A stretch of DNA of 64,000 nucleotides, from assembly GCA_047495785.1 (NCBI GenBank), contig JBLDXI010000002.1, forward strand, positions 1,302,001-1,366,000, in the 5' to 3' direction. Of this stretch, positions 53,513-64,000 are shown piece after piece (the first letter of the stretch is position 1; each line of letters opens with the position of its first letter). Both the position numbers and the translations under genes were made by a program. The notes under the pieces are model-generated. The model saw nothing but the letters and a program-made list of their open reading frames with translations. It did not search any database and had not been told where the DNA came from. The stretch comes from Lepidodermella squamata (Eukaryota; Animalia; Gastrotricha).

Positions 53513-54757
53513 TCAAGAGTCGCCTGTTGTAGAGACACCGGTGCTAATCAATTCAAGCAAGCAACCGACCGCTCCAAAGTATCCAAGATGTTCTAAAAAT
53601 AATGCCTTCATTTGCCCCTGAGTCCAAAACTCCATCGCCGTAGCCAGCAGCCGGGTAGAAATGTCATTGGAACGTAAAAAATTGCCGACAAATAGCACCC
53701 GCTCGATATTCTCTTGCTTTGCGCACATCATAGCAAGCGATGCCACGTTATAAGTCACCGTAACCAGGCAAGACCGACACAAATCAGCCGGGGTAGCTGC
53801 AGCTCGTCTTTCCGGATAAAGCATGCTGCCGAAGCTAGAGGCAATCAAATCGCCTGGCAGGCCGAAGCGAGAATAATCACCACCGTAGATATCTCGCACA
53901 AGCTTGTCAACTTTTTTGTTGTCTCCTTGCTCTGCCAAAGCCATGGCTTGTTCATAGGTCTCGACATTAGCAAGCAGGCAACACAGACCGAGGAATGTAC
54001 CGCCGCCAATAGAAGAGCCACTCACACGACGAAAATCGGTTGGAGAACGCACAGATAAAATAGAGACTCCAGACCCGAAATTCACAATAAGATACGGGTA
54101 CGGGTCACGAAAATCGAAGGAAATCTTTTCCATCGCAGCTGTGGCAGCCAATTCAGACGACCCAGGACGCGGCACGCTGTAGTAATAGCACTCAGCTTGC
54201 GGGTTAAACCGATCGATGTAGTGGATTCCTTTTGTCAAACATTCTAATTCGTCGAATTTGAGCAGCCGAAGTTCAACTTTGTCCTTGAAGTCCTTTTCGA
54301 ACTTGTAGGCGCCTCCGCCGGTAGCACAAATCATTTGAGCGAAGCTTTTGAAGTTCTTGGTTTTAGCCATCTCAATAAATACAGGCATCTGATAAGTTGG
54401 GAACCGAATAAAATGAAGTGTTCCGTTGCGTCCTCCTAATACTTGATCACGGAGTTCGAGATGTTTATCTCTGATACCGGTTTGTCCGTAAGCAGTTGAG
54501 GATAGCAAATAATGGCGAATAGTTTTGAGCGCTTCGGTTTCCGCGTCACTCTCAGCATCCGTAACATCGGTGGGCTCAAAGTAAACAAGCTAGAAATGGA
54601 ACGTCAATTAATTACCAAAACTGGTGTAAGCTCTTGAATTTATCACCTTCGTCAACGTTCCGCCGATGTCCATTCCCCACCACGGGAAAGGAGGACGAAC
54701 CTTTCCGTTTGGGAGTGGGGTTTCTGCCATTCCATTGGTCGTTATCGTGTCATTCAT
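53513..54757 (-). CDS. PANK: Pantothenate kinase (type II, PANK1/2/3-like); exons 54757-54647, 54589-53513
   Basis: [16 protein letters not shown]|[67 protein letters not shown]. An upstream in-frame ATG at 54895 could extend the N-terminus. Confidence 0.96.
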
Positions 54758-55583
54758 GGTAAAAACGTAGGAAGATAATCTTCTGTTGATGTTTAATAAG
54801 CCATTTAATGCTGGGGATAAGGAGCTACTCGAGTAGCATGAGCTTCCGCTTACTACTGAATTTAATATTGACCCTACAAGACTTTTAGAACCCATTTGTG
54901 TCGTAATCCACTAGGTAACAACAGAAAACAAAGAACGCTGAAACAGAATAATTAAGAATTCAAGTAGCATGCAAAAGCAAGCAAGTTAGCTAGGTAGCAG
55001 CAGGTTGCTATTCACTATAAGATAAACAGCGATATAACCAAGATTTTCCGTTTATGGCGGATAACTACGACTCAAAGTAATATGTGCGTGATGTATTTGA
55101 TTTAAGCCAAACCGTTTTAGACAATTTATTTTCGGAATTAGGCTGAATCTTTTCTGCTTTAGTAACGACTTCAATAAGCCAAAATTAGTTCTATGAGAGA
55201 AGTTCCAAGTTAGAGCAACAGTGCTCAAGTCGATGTGGTAATGGCTAAAGATGAGCCATTAGCCACAGGTAACAGGATACCCAAAAGTGGATTACGTCAT
55301 CATCGGGGTCCCAGAGCACAGCTGAGATCGCAAGACTTCTTCTGAGCCAAAAGGCTTTTGGCTGCTGAGCAAGGGAAGGTCATTTTTACGTTTATCACAT
55401 TTTTTACTACAACCTTGTGAGTAAGCTGAAAACTATAAAATTATCATCAGTCAAATTAGAATAGGCGCTGCAAATATGAAAAATCGATCGCGCGAAACAC
55501 CGTGAGCCGTTGTTTTTTTCCTGTCTGTATAGCATCCAACTGTGCGTGTGTGTGTACCTTGAGTCACGCGAATAGGTCGTTCG

Positions 55584-56914
55584 ATGACGTCTATTTATCC
55601 AGCTGTAGTATCTTCTTCTGAAAGTGCTCAAGCCAATAGCAGCTCGCCGCTTCATAGCGCTAACGATAAACAAATTTCGGACTCTGGTCAATCGACTACA
55701 GGTCCTGAATCCTTCTCCTCGACTCCCACTACAGAAGGTCCTGAAAGCAAAGGCGACAGTGACGAGGATACTTTTGAACGGGATCTAATGAATATGCTGA
55801 AAACTTTTCCGCCATCAAATGGCGTGAATGAAACTTCACCAATCCAAAGTGATGTCGCTCCTATTTTCGGCGCTGTAACTCCTACAATGAGTGGTCCATA
55901 TCCTACCCCTCCCTCTACTGATGGATTGAGCGGCGGTCCGCCTTCAAATAACATGATTCGATCGCAGTCAATGCCGATTAAGACTGGTATACTTTGTGGA
56001 TCGGATATTCATATGGGTTTGTAAATAATTGATATTACTTTTAGATTTTTCCAAACTCATTCCGTCGTCAGCAACTGTAAAGCATGCTGCTGATTCAATC
56101 AAAAACTGGAGTATTTCAACCTTCAAATCTACAAAGCAGGCAGTCAACGAAAAGCTGGGTAGAGCCTCTCGCACTGTTGATATCGACTTGGAGAAAAAGA
56201 TCGAAGCTCTTAGAAGTTCTCAGGCCGACTATGTTGATCTTCTTGCCTTGACCGTGAAACTCACCCAGCAATTCTCAACCATGCTAGCCACACAAAAATC
56301 TATCTCAGCGTTGTGTTTTAACTTGGCGATTAAGCAATCAGAACTGGGCGATGATTTTAGACGGAATGCTGAATGTCAAAAAGCAATCGTCAACAACGGC
56401 GAATTTTTATTAAGTTAGTCATTTATTTTAGTGTCGACTAAGCTTACACATTCTTTGCGCTTTTTTAGAGAGCTTGGAGCAATTTAAATCTAGTCTCGAA
56501 ACTTTGTGTGGTCAAACCATAGAAGACACTTTAGCGACGGTTCGGGAGTATGAATCTGAGAGATTGCAATTTGATGCGTATCGAGTTGAATATGAAACGA
56601 TAACTACTGCCCCGCAAGCAACGGCAACTATGGCTCATGCCCAATCGGTTCGAGAGTCGTTTGAGAAACACAAAGCCTCTTACGAACAGCTAGCAGAAGA
56701 TGTTCGTGTCAAGCTACGCTTTCTCGACGATAACAGAGTCCGTGTGATGCACAAACAGCTCATGTTTTTCCACAACGCTATCGCAGCCTTCTTCGCTGGT
56801 AACAGCCAACAGCTAATAGCTTCCTCTCGTCACCTGTCTGCCCCTGACGAACAGTTGCCCATGGCACGTGGCCTGCAGACGTGGCTAGAAAAGGATGGCG
56901 AATCGCAAAATTGA
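55584..56914 (+). CDS. ARFIP: Arfaptin (AH/BAR domain); exons 55584-55986, 56045-56413, 56469-56914
   Basis: IKNWSISTFKSTKQ…EKLGRASRTVD.DLE, TIEDTL.TV..YE..RLQFDAYR, VKLRFLDDNRV.VMHKQL..FHNAI.AFFAGN. Confidence 0.93.
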
Positions 56915-57477
56915 AACGACGGTCTCTTTTATAACTAAAATAATGAGGATGAAATCATTATTTCTTATTTGGCTTACCAATATCTCTTCCTTCGATACAA
57001 GAATGATATCAGTTGTGAACAATCTTTGGAAAAATATTCTTTCGCTAATTCCTTTTTTGAATTCGCTCTCGAGCGATAAAAGCAATGTGTTTATTGTATT
57101 GGCTTTCAGATGAAAAAAATCCAATTGGAGAGGTGTCCTTGCAGTCATATTATATCCTTCCCTACCTATTTTTCGCGATAAACTATCGGTTTGATTTGCT
57201 TTTTTCGGTGTATGATGATGAAAATTTAGTCATTATATTTACTAATAATCGCTTTGTATATTGTTAAGACTCTACTGCGTTGTGCTGCGAGCTATTTTGT
57301 GCTGCTCGTCCAAAATTTCGGCTGAAGGTTTGAGCCCAGTATTTTGCTTGCATTTGAAACAATAATTAAAGGGTTTTTGCTCTAATGTTGTGCCTCACAC
57401 GAAGATGAAGAATTAATACACCTATTTAATTTCGATCTCGAATTCATGTTTTTTGCGCTTTTTCTAGGCGATTTAAC

Positions 57478-59397
57478 ATGAGTGCTCTTGATTACGATTC
57501 GCCCTATTTGCGTCTGGTTGGCGGCCACTTGCCGAGTTATTCGCCATCGCAATTGAGGTCGACCTCCGTTCTTCAATCTGCCGCTAATGCTTGTTTGCCT
57601 GTCGAAGCCGCAGTTACGAATATCATAGCCTATGAAGATGATATCATCATGGGAGCTAGAGCGGCGCCGCAATTGGCGCAACTCGCTGGAAGTGGCGATA
57701 AGCGAGCCGTTGAAGTCGTGACAATGCTTTCGTCAAAACAAGCCTGTCGCCAAGGCTTGGCTACCTACCCAGCTCTTGTTCCTGCTATAATGCATTGTTT
57801 ACCGCATCAGCAGGCCGTTCAAGCTATCGCTAGCATGAGCCGCGATCCAACCATGGCTTCTGCGTTCTTAGAGGCCGGCGCTATCAACCAAATGGTGTCG
57901 TTTTTCTCGACTAATCACCTGGTTAAAGACGCTGTTATCGCTCTGAGAAACATGCTGGCAAACCAGAGCCCGGAGGTTGTTCAATCGCTGAATTTGCCGA
58001 ACGAAACTGTCCCCAGATTGAGTCAATTTGTCAACGTTAATACGACATCTCTAGATGTTTTAGCACCTTCTGCTGATTGTTTACGCTTGATTGGAAATGT
58101 TCGGTCCGGGAGTGATAGCTTCCGTAGTATGATGACGATGGCCGGGCAGGACGGGGCTAGTTTGGCGCAGCGTTTAATCGCGGTTTTGCTTCAATCATCG
58201 TCGAATCGAAATAACGTGGTTCTGCAGCGTAAATCATGCGTCGCCGTTGCTAGGCTGATTGCGGCGATGTCGAGTGACGAACAATGCCGGCGTGTTCTGG
58301 TTGAAATCGGCGCGATTCAAGCGCTAATGATTGCGCTGGGCTACATCAGGGAACTGGCGACTAACACGGATTTTCAAATTCCGGCGACAACTGCCGTGCT
58401 ACTCGCGATTCGAAATGTGACGGAATCGATAAGCATGGCGTCGTTATCCGCCGCGCATTCGCTGGGCTCGATGCCGCATGGTATCGACCAGGTTGTAGCT
58501 GGTTTAGTCAACATTTTCGTGACGTGCCTCGGCAAAATCCCGCCGACAGCCATGGCCTACACAGCCGGGGCGCTGGGTAACCTGGTGGCGAATAGCGCTG
58601 AGTTGAAAGAAATCGCTGTTATGAGAGGCGCGGTTGATTGGCTGGTTCAAGCCGCGTCCCTCAGTGCCGAAGTTCTGGAACCAGCCGTCATTGCCCTGGC
58701 CCATTTGACGGCCCGTCACCCGGCGGCGACTGATGCGCAGAGTGCTTTGCTGAATGCTGGGGCGATAACTCGGCTGTTCCGCTTACTGACCCCAGCTGCG
58801 TCGGCAGCCGCAGCTGCTTTATCGCGGAATTTGATGCTGTCGCCTGCAGGTCGTTTGTCGATGGTTGAGCATATTCCAGTCTTGGCGACCCTGCTATCCG
58901 GACCGGCCTGTGCCGACGCAGCCGCCGCTTTGTGGTTGATGTGTAAAGACCCGGCGACCAATTCGTGCTCGGCAATCGTCCGCCAGGGCGTGGTCCCAGC
59001 CGCTGCTAGAATGCTGTTTGACGACCACACCAGCGAGGCCCAGTGCGCGGCTGCGGCTCTGTTATGGCAACTCAGCCAGGTCGAACCAGCTACGGTGGCC
59101 CAGCTGGACCAGGAGGGTGTCGCGGCGCCTTTGACCCATTTACTCCATTCAGCCGACCAGTCTTCCGCAGCCTACGCCGCCGCCTTGCTGCGTCGATTGT
59201 CCGAAAACCGTCCGCCAGCCTTCCGTCAACGCATGAATACCGAACTGGCTCAGTCTCTGCATCAGTCGTCTGGAAATATTGGCATGATGAATGGCAATGG
59301 GGCGATTCACTCGCCGGGTGCTGGTTCCGAGAGCCATCTGCTGGTTTCGAACGGCAACGGCGCTCCTGGTCAGCAGTGGCTGGATACCGATCTTTGA
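57478..59397 (+). CDS. Divergent beta-catenin/armadillo paralogue, single coding exon
   Basis: AVTNIIAYEDD…ARAAPQL (cf. AVVNLINYQDD…TRAIPEL); ARM repeats; EPAVIALAHLTARHP (cf. EPAICALRHLTSRH); APLTHLLHS…AAYAAALL.RLSE; C-terminal WLDTDL (cf. WFDTDL). Confidence 0.88.
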   Translation: MSALDYDSPYLRLVGGHLPSYSPSQLRSTSVLQSAANACLPVEAAVTNIIAYEDDIIMGARAAPQLAQLAGSGDKRAVEVVTMLSSKQACRQGLATYPALVPAIMHCLPHQQAVQAIASMSRDPTMASAFLEAGAINQMVSFFSTNHLVKDAVIALRNMLANQSPEVVQSLNLPNETVPRLSQFVNVNTTSLDVLAPSADCLRLIGNVRSGSDSFRSMMTMAGQDGASLAQRLIAVLLQSSSNRNNVVLQRKSCVAVARLIAAMSSDEQCRRVLVEIGAIQALMIALGYIRELATNTDFQIPATTAVLLAIRNVTESISMASLSAAHSLGSMPHGIDQVVAGLVNIFVTCLGKIPPTAMAYTAGALGNLVANSAELKEIAVMRGAVDWLVQAASLSAEVLEPAVIALAHLTARHPAATDAQSALLNAGAITRLFRLLTPAASAAAAALSRNLMLSPAGRLSMVEHIPVLATLLSGPACADAAAALWLMCKDPATNSCSAIVRQGVVPAAARMLFDDHTSEAQCAAAALLWQLSQVEPATVAQLDQEGVAAPLTHLLHSADQSSAAYAAALLRRLSENRPPAFRQRMNTELAQSLHQSSGNIGMMNGNGAIHSPGAGSESHLLVSNGNGAPGQQWLDTDL

Positions 59398-62300
59398 GGA
59401 TCCAGATTAAAATAATTACGAACTCGCTTTTCATGGTTGTTGGTGCATACTGATTTTACGCCTTTTTCACTTCCAAAGATTTCCAAACTTCGTTTTATTC
59501 CATTTTTTGTAGCTTTGAGAACCATACAACTTGCTCACTATATTATAATAGCTGATTTTCCAACGCTGCATCCTGATATTGTATTCGCCAATAAAACTTC
59601 AGCTTATCGAACATCTGCTGCCTTTTTCACTGTTGAGTTATTTCAGGAATTTCTGCTTGAAAATGAAAACTGATGAAATAGAAGCAGAGCCTTGGATTTG
59701 ATTCGGTTTGATTTCACCAAAGCTCAAATCGCACGGAGCTCCTTCAAAATTGCCGATCACAACAAATCACAACAAATCGTTATAGTTTCTCATGAGCTCA
59801 AAAAAGTTGAAAGAATTTATGGTAAAAACGAGAATTTTGGATAGTCTGAAAGACGGGCTCTCGGATAATGGCAGATTATTTCAATTTATATGTTGCGGAT
59901 TCGGTTGAGCAGCCACGGAAGTTCTACTGAAAATAAAAAAATTCGAAAATTTTACCCTAACTTTACCTGTAATTTATTGTCACGATGCATTGATAATATG
60001 CATTGTACATCCAGACTGGCCTTTTCTTGGGCTATCCAAGGTACCCCACTCATGGGATCTTTACCTCTCTCCACCTTCGATTTTTGATATGCCAAAGTCA
60101 GCCCATTTTGGCATGTCGAAGTCACCCCCAATTTACGGTAATAATCAAACCAAGCGAATTCAAATCAAATGCCTTGATATCAAGCTGCACTCAGCTGATG
60201 GAAAATTCTTCGGATATAACAAGCTGATCGTTAATTTCACATCGCAATTTCAATTTTGTACAACAGGACAGATTTTATATTCTTCTTTCTTTCCCGGAAA
60301 AAATTCAGAGCGCCCCCGAATAGTTAGTAGAACTGCAGCGGATTCTTCAGGTTAAATGGAAGGAATAAATTGACCTGGAAGTTGTATTTACTCAGATTTT
60401 CTTTGTACGAAAAATTGCGTGGGTGTCATTACACTTATTACCCTCGGCGTGATAATAAAGAAAATCGAACATCAGCGTGTCGATCGGGGGTCCTCTATAC
60501 CTTCTACAGAATATTATACGCCTTAATTGTTTTCCTGCTTTAGTAATTTGACGAGGCAGTATAATATATAAGTCGCTAGATGCGCAGATCCGGCGAAGTC
60601 GCGCTCTTTATTGCCACTCAGCGGTGATAAAAGTCACTATTTTAGAGTCAATAAAATACGAGGTGTGATGCCTCAAAATCGATGATATTTTTTTCAGTTG
60701 CAATAAACAATGTAATGCCTGGATTTTTTCAACTTGACTGCATCTTTTTATAAATGTGCAGTGCATAAAAATAGATTTTATTCATTTCGGCAACAAATTT
60801 CGAGCAGACTCATCAGAAAACGTGATGTGGCGGCGTCGTAAAATTAGCGCGTTTGACGTTTTCAAAATCCCCATCGGCAATGTAATTTGCCTTATTAACC
60901 AATTAAAGGCGCCTTGTTTTAGGATCACGATGAGCATAAAGTGGCCCGCGAAATTGTAGCGTGATGGCTAATTACCATGATTACTTGCTTATAATATATT
61001 GATGTTTTGATACAAGGTCAATTGCACATCAGAGGGATTATGCAATATTATGACTTTTGCGAGATGATCTTTAGCACGCTCTTTGTTTATCTATTTATTT
61101 ATTATTTATAACGATTTCGGGTACGTGTTGGAACGATACGCGATAATAAAACTAAATGTTGGCCTTATATATAAGAACAGCATTGACCTCGCGCCTCGGC
61201 ACCAGCAACAGATGCGCAACAACCGGCGATGAGCGAAACTTCGCCTCACCCTCTTGTAGCGCAGGCGCGCTACGGGCCGAAATGGAGGATGCGTGCGCGA
61301 AAATTCACTTCTTATATTAACGTGACATCCAGCAGGATTATCAGAAGTCATATTCTGTTTTGATGGCAAAATTCGTATTCTGTCATTAATTTTAGTACGT
61401 TATTCGCTACATTTATTTTGATTTCCAATTTTTATTGATATTTTTTACGTCTATTTTTCCAATTTTTCAACACTATTATTGTTTAAAAGTTAAAAGCAAT
61501 TTGGGGAATTAATAAGCCACCTTAAAATAGAATAATTTTTCTAAATTTTTTTTCATAAAATTTGAATATTCGCAGATTTTTTCCGAATTTTCACACAATT
61601 TTCGAATTTCGGCTCAGTAAATTCGCCAAAGCTAATATGGCTATCGGCTATCACCTTTTTTCATGGTAAAAACGAGGTGGGCACCCACCATAAGTTATAT
61701 CTGATGGTGATGAATGTTCTATTAGCTGGTACCTAGGCACCTTGTGGCCAATCGTGTAGTATTGGTACACTCGCGTGATTTATGCCTTCCGCCGCTATCC
61801 TTTATGGCGCGGCAAGTGTTACAAGGCGATCGGTTGATTTCCTGACACAGCAATAATAATTAATATTAACATTTACTATTGCCGTATATAGTTGTTGTAA
61901 AGGTATATTCCAAGCGATTTGTTTGCCTTTACTCGGCAAGACAGAAATCGCCGGTGCACGCGACAACAGCAGTAATGCACGAGACAACTTGACCCAGGCC
62001 GGCCTTCCTTTTCGGAGCTCGCAGCTGCCTCGCATACTTGTGTACCATTGCTAGTGTATTAATATGCATATTGTCTCGTGATAGTCAGTAAAATCTATAT
62101 TAATTCTACGACGGCTCCTCGTTGGCTTCTGCGCGCCGCCGCCGCTATATACCTGGCTGGGCAGGGTGGGAAAGCCGGGCGGCGCCAGAGCGCGCGCACT
62201 TTGCCGACCGCGGGCGGTTCATAAAATTTGCGTTATATATTGCCCGCTGTCCAATTTAGCGGCGAAATGTATTTCCTGCCACACCTCGCTCACGGCTAAT

Positions 62301-64000
62301 GCATGACATGCGAAGACCGACTATTTGGCCTTATATGTTTACCCAAAGGCCAACATCGTGAAAATAAGTAGCCACAGGGGGTTTCGTTTAATTTTTAATT
62401 TAAATTATCGCGGAAAAAATTAACTTCATCCGACACCCGTTTTTCACGCGCCCGGTCTGAGCATGCACCCAGTGAAGCGTGTTTATTTATTGTTTATTGC
62501 TGTCTCGAGCTGTCGCGTGCTCATCAGCCATTATTTTCCATCATCAATGAAGTCGCGTGCAATTAGCTGCTCATCCCTGCTATTGCGGTTGATTGCGCCG
62601 GCAACCTTTTAGCCTCTCTTCGCCGCCGTTGATGTTCGGTACGAGTCCATACCTTTGAGCGAGCGACCGGCCAAGCCAATCCCGGCGGCGCCATTGGTGT
62701 GAAAAATCTATCTAATGACCGGTCCTTTCTACAAAGTAATAATGATTTCACGAGTTTAATCACACACATTGCGGGGGAAAAATCGGTGTGGTCTATTAAT
62801 ATTAATGATCCACCTGCGCAGTAGTAGAAAGTAGTAGATATAGCTCATAGCTGGTAAGTCGGCGAGCAAACACGCTGGCACTCGACTCGCGGTTCATTCC
62901 TTTGCGGATTTCGCGGATTGCCAGGGTGCCAGTCACTTGACTGTAGAGAGCGGTCGTACACCGTGGAACCCGGCGGCTCCGGGGCCTTTTAGCCGCGGCA
63001 TCGGCAACACCCGTGCCGTCATTCACTTAATGCTTTGTTGCGCAACGCCTTGTTTACCGTCATTATTATTCTTGTTATTCGTTATTCAACGACAAACAGG
63101 TACCGATTTTGTGCTGGCGATGATGACGGCATCCGCTGCAGTAATTGCTGGAACTAAGCCCCGGAATTTTTACGCAACCGAAAATTATCACAGCTTTAAT
63201 TCCCGCCAGCGGTTCTCTTTTGTCTTGCTAATGATCCCGCTTTCTTCATCATACCTTCAAGGCTTATTGCCGTTGTTTTTATTCATTAATTTCAATTATA
63301 TGATAACTTTGTTGTTAGAAATCAAAGATTAATCCGCGTCCGTACTCTAAAACGTCAAGCCCGTGTTGAAAAATCGCGGGATTATCTCTTTGTTTATCAT
63401 CGTTATTTTTCTATAGGTGAAAAATAATAGATTAATCAAACGTAAGGTTGACAGGTTTTTTAACCAGTCTCAATAACAATCATTATTTTCCGGAAACAAT
63501 GGCCAATTTTTGCGTGACGGCTGTTTAGCGGAGCGTAAACACGCACCCGTTTGCGGTTGAACCGCGTGTTTTTTCGCCGCTACTTTTTTTTGATATTTTT
63601 GCGCGTTAATTCTACGCCACGATACTCACGCTTGATTACTATACTTTTCTTGTGCCATTATTCCAAAGCGTATAATAAACACGCTCACTTGTCGTGTTGC
63701 AAAAAGAGATACGCTGATAAAAATTTACCTCTTGCTCTGGTATAGGTAACGCGTGTTATTTTTTAATCTTCTCAAGTTTGCATTTTTATACACACAAATT
63801 TATTTAATAAAAATATTATATTCGCCTTTTTAGACCTGCTGGTAAAAGTTGTTATTTTGAACTCTTCCTTTTCGCTGCTGAGAAATGTAATTTTCAGAAT
63901 AAACATTGACACTTTTTCAATTATTAATAATAGTTATAGGCAGTAGGTATAGGACAAATTGTTCTGGTGAGGAAGCGTTTAGCCACCGCGAAATTTTGTC

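Noticed and set aside
59450-64000. Small ORFs in the last 4.5 kb
   Set aside because: No recognisable domains or coherent exon chain; looks like intergenic/regulatory DNA with CpG-rich patches.

Overview
Eukaryotic (metazoan invertebrate) genomic DNA with compact genes, mostly ~50-nt GT-AG introns and AT-rich intergenic DNA; no prokaryotic features. Genes in order: 14-3-3 (-), V-ATPase 16-kDa proteolipid c (+), divergent ADF/cofilin-like (-), TDRD3 (-), divergent novel-type PKC (+), a four-exon Cys-loop (pentameric ligand-gated) ion channel subunit with an N-terminal L-type lectin domain (-), STIM (+), GH13 alpha-glucosidase (+), three tandem ER cyclophilins (+), DLK/LZK-type MAP3K (-), pantothenate kinase (-), arfaptin (+) and a very divergent beta-catenin paralogue (+). 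The centre (~15-37 kb) is rich in mobile elements: two LINE fragments, a 3.8-kb foldback palindrome, a Tc1/mariner fragment, a piggyBac inside an intron of the channel gene, a duplicated ~1-kb segment, an OTU-like pseudogene and an array of eight small palindromes. The most striking item is the lectin-pLGIC fusion, hidden in the ORF track because introns and the piggyBac split it. Also notable: the beta-catenin with a decayed phosphodegron, the hairpin array, and a strongly over-represented TTAAGGAGGA motif. All gene models were spliced by eye and all homologies come from motif recognition, not database searches.
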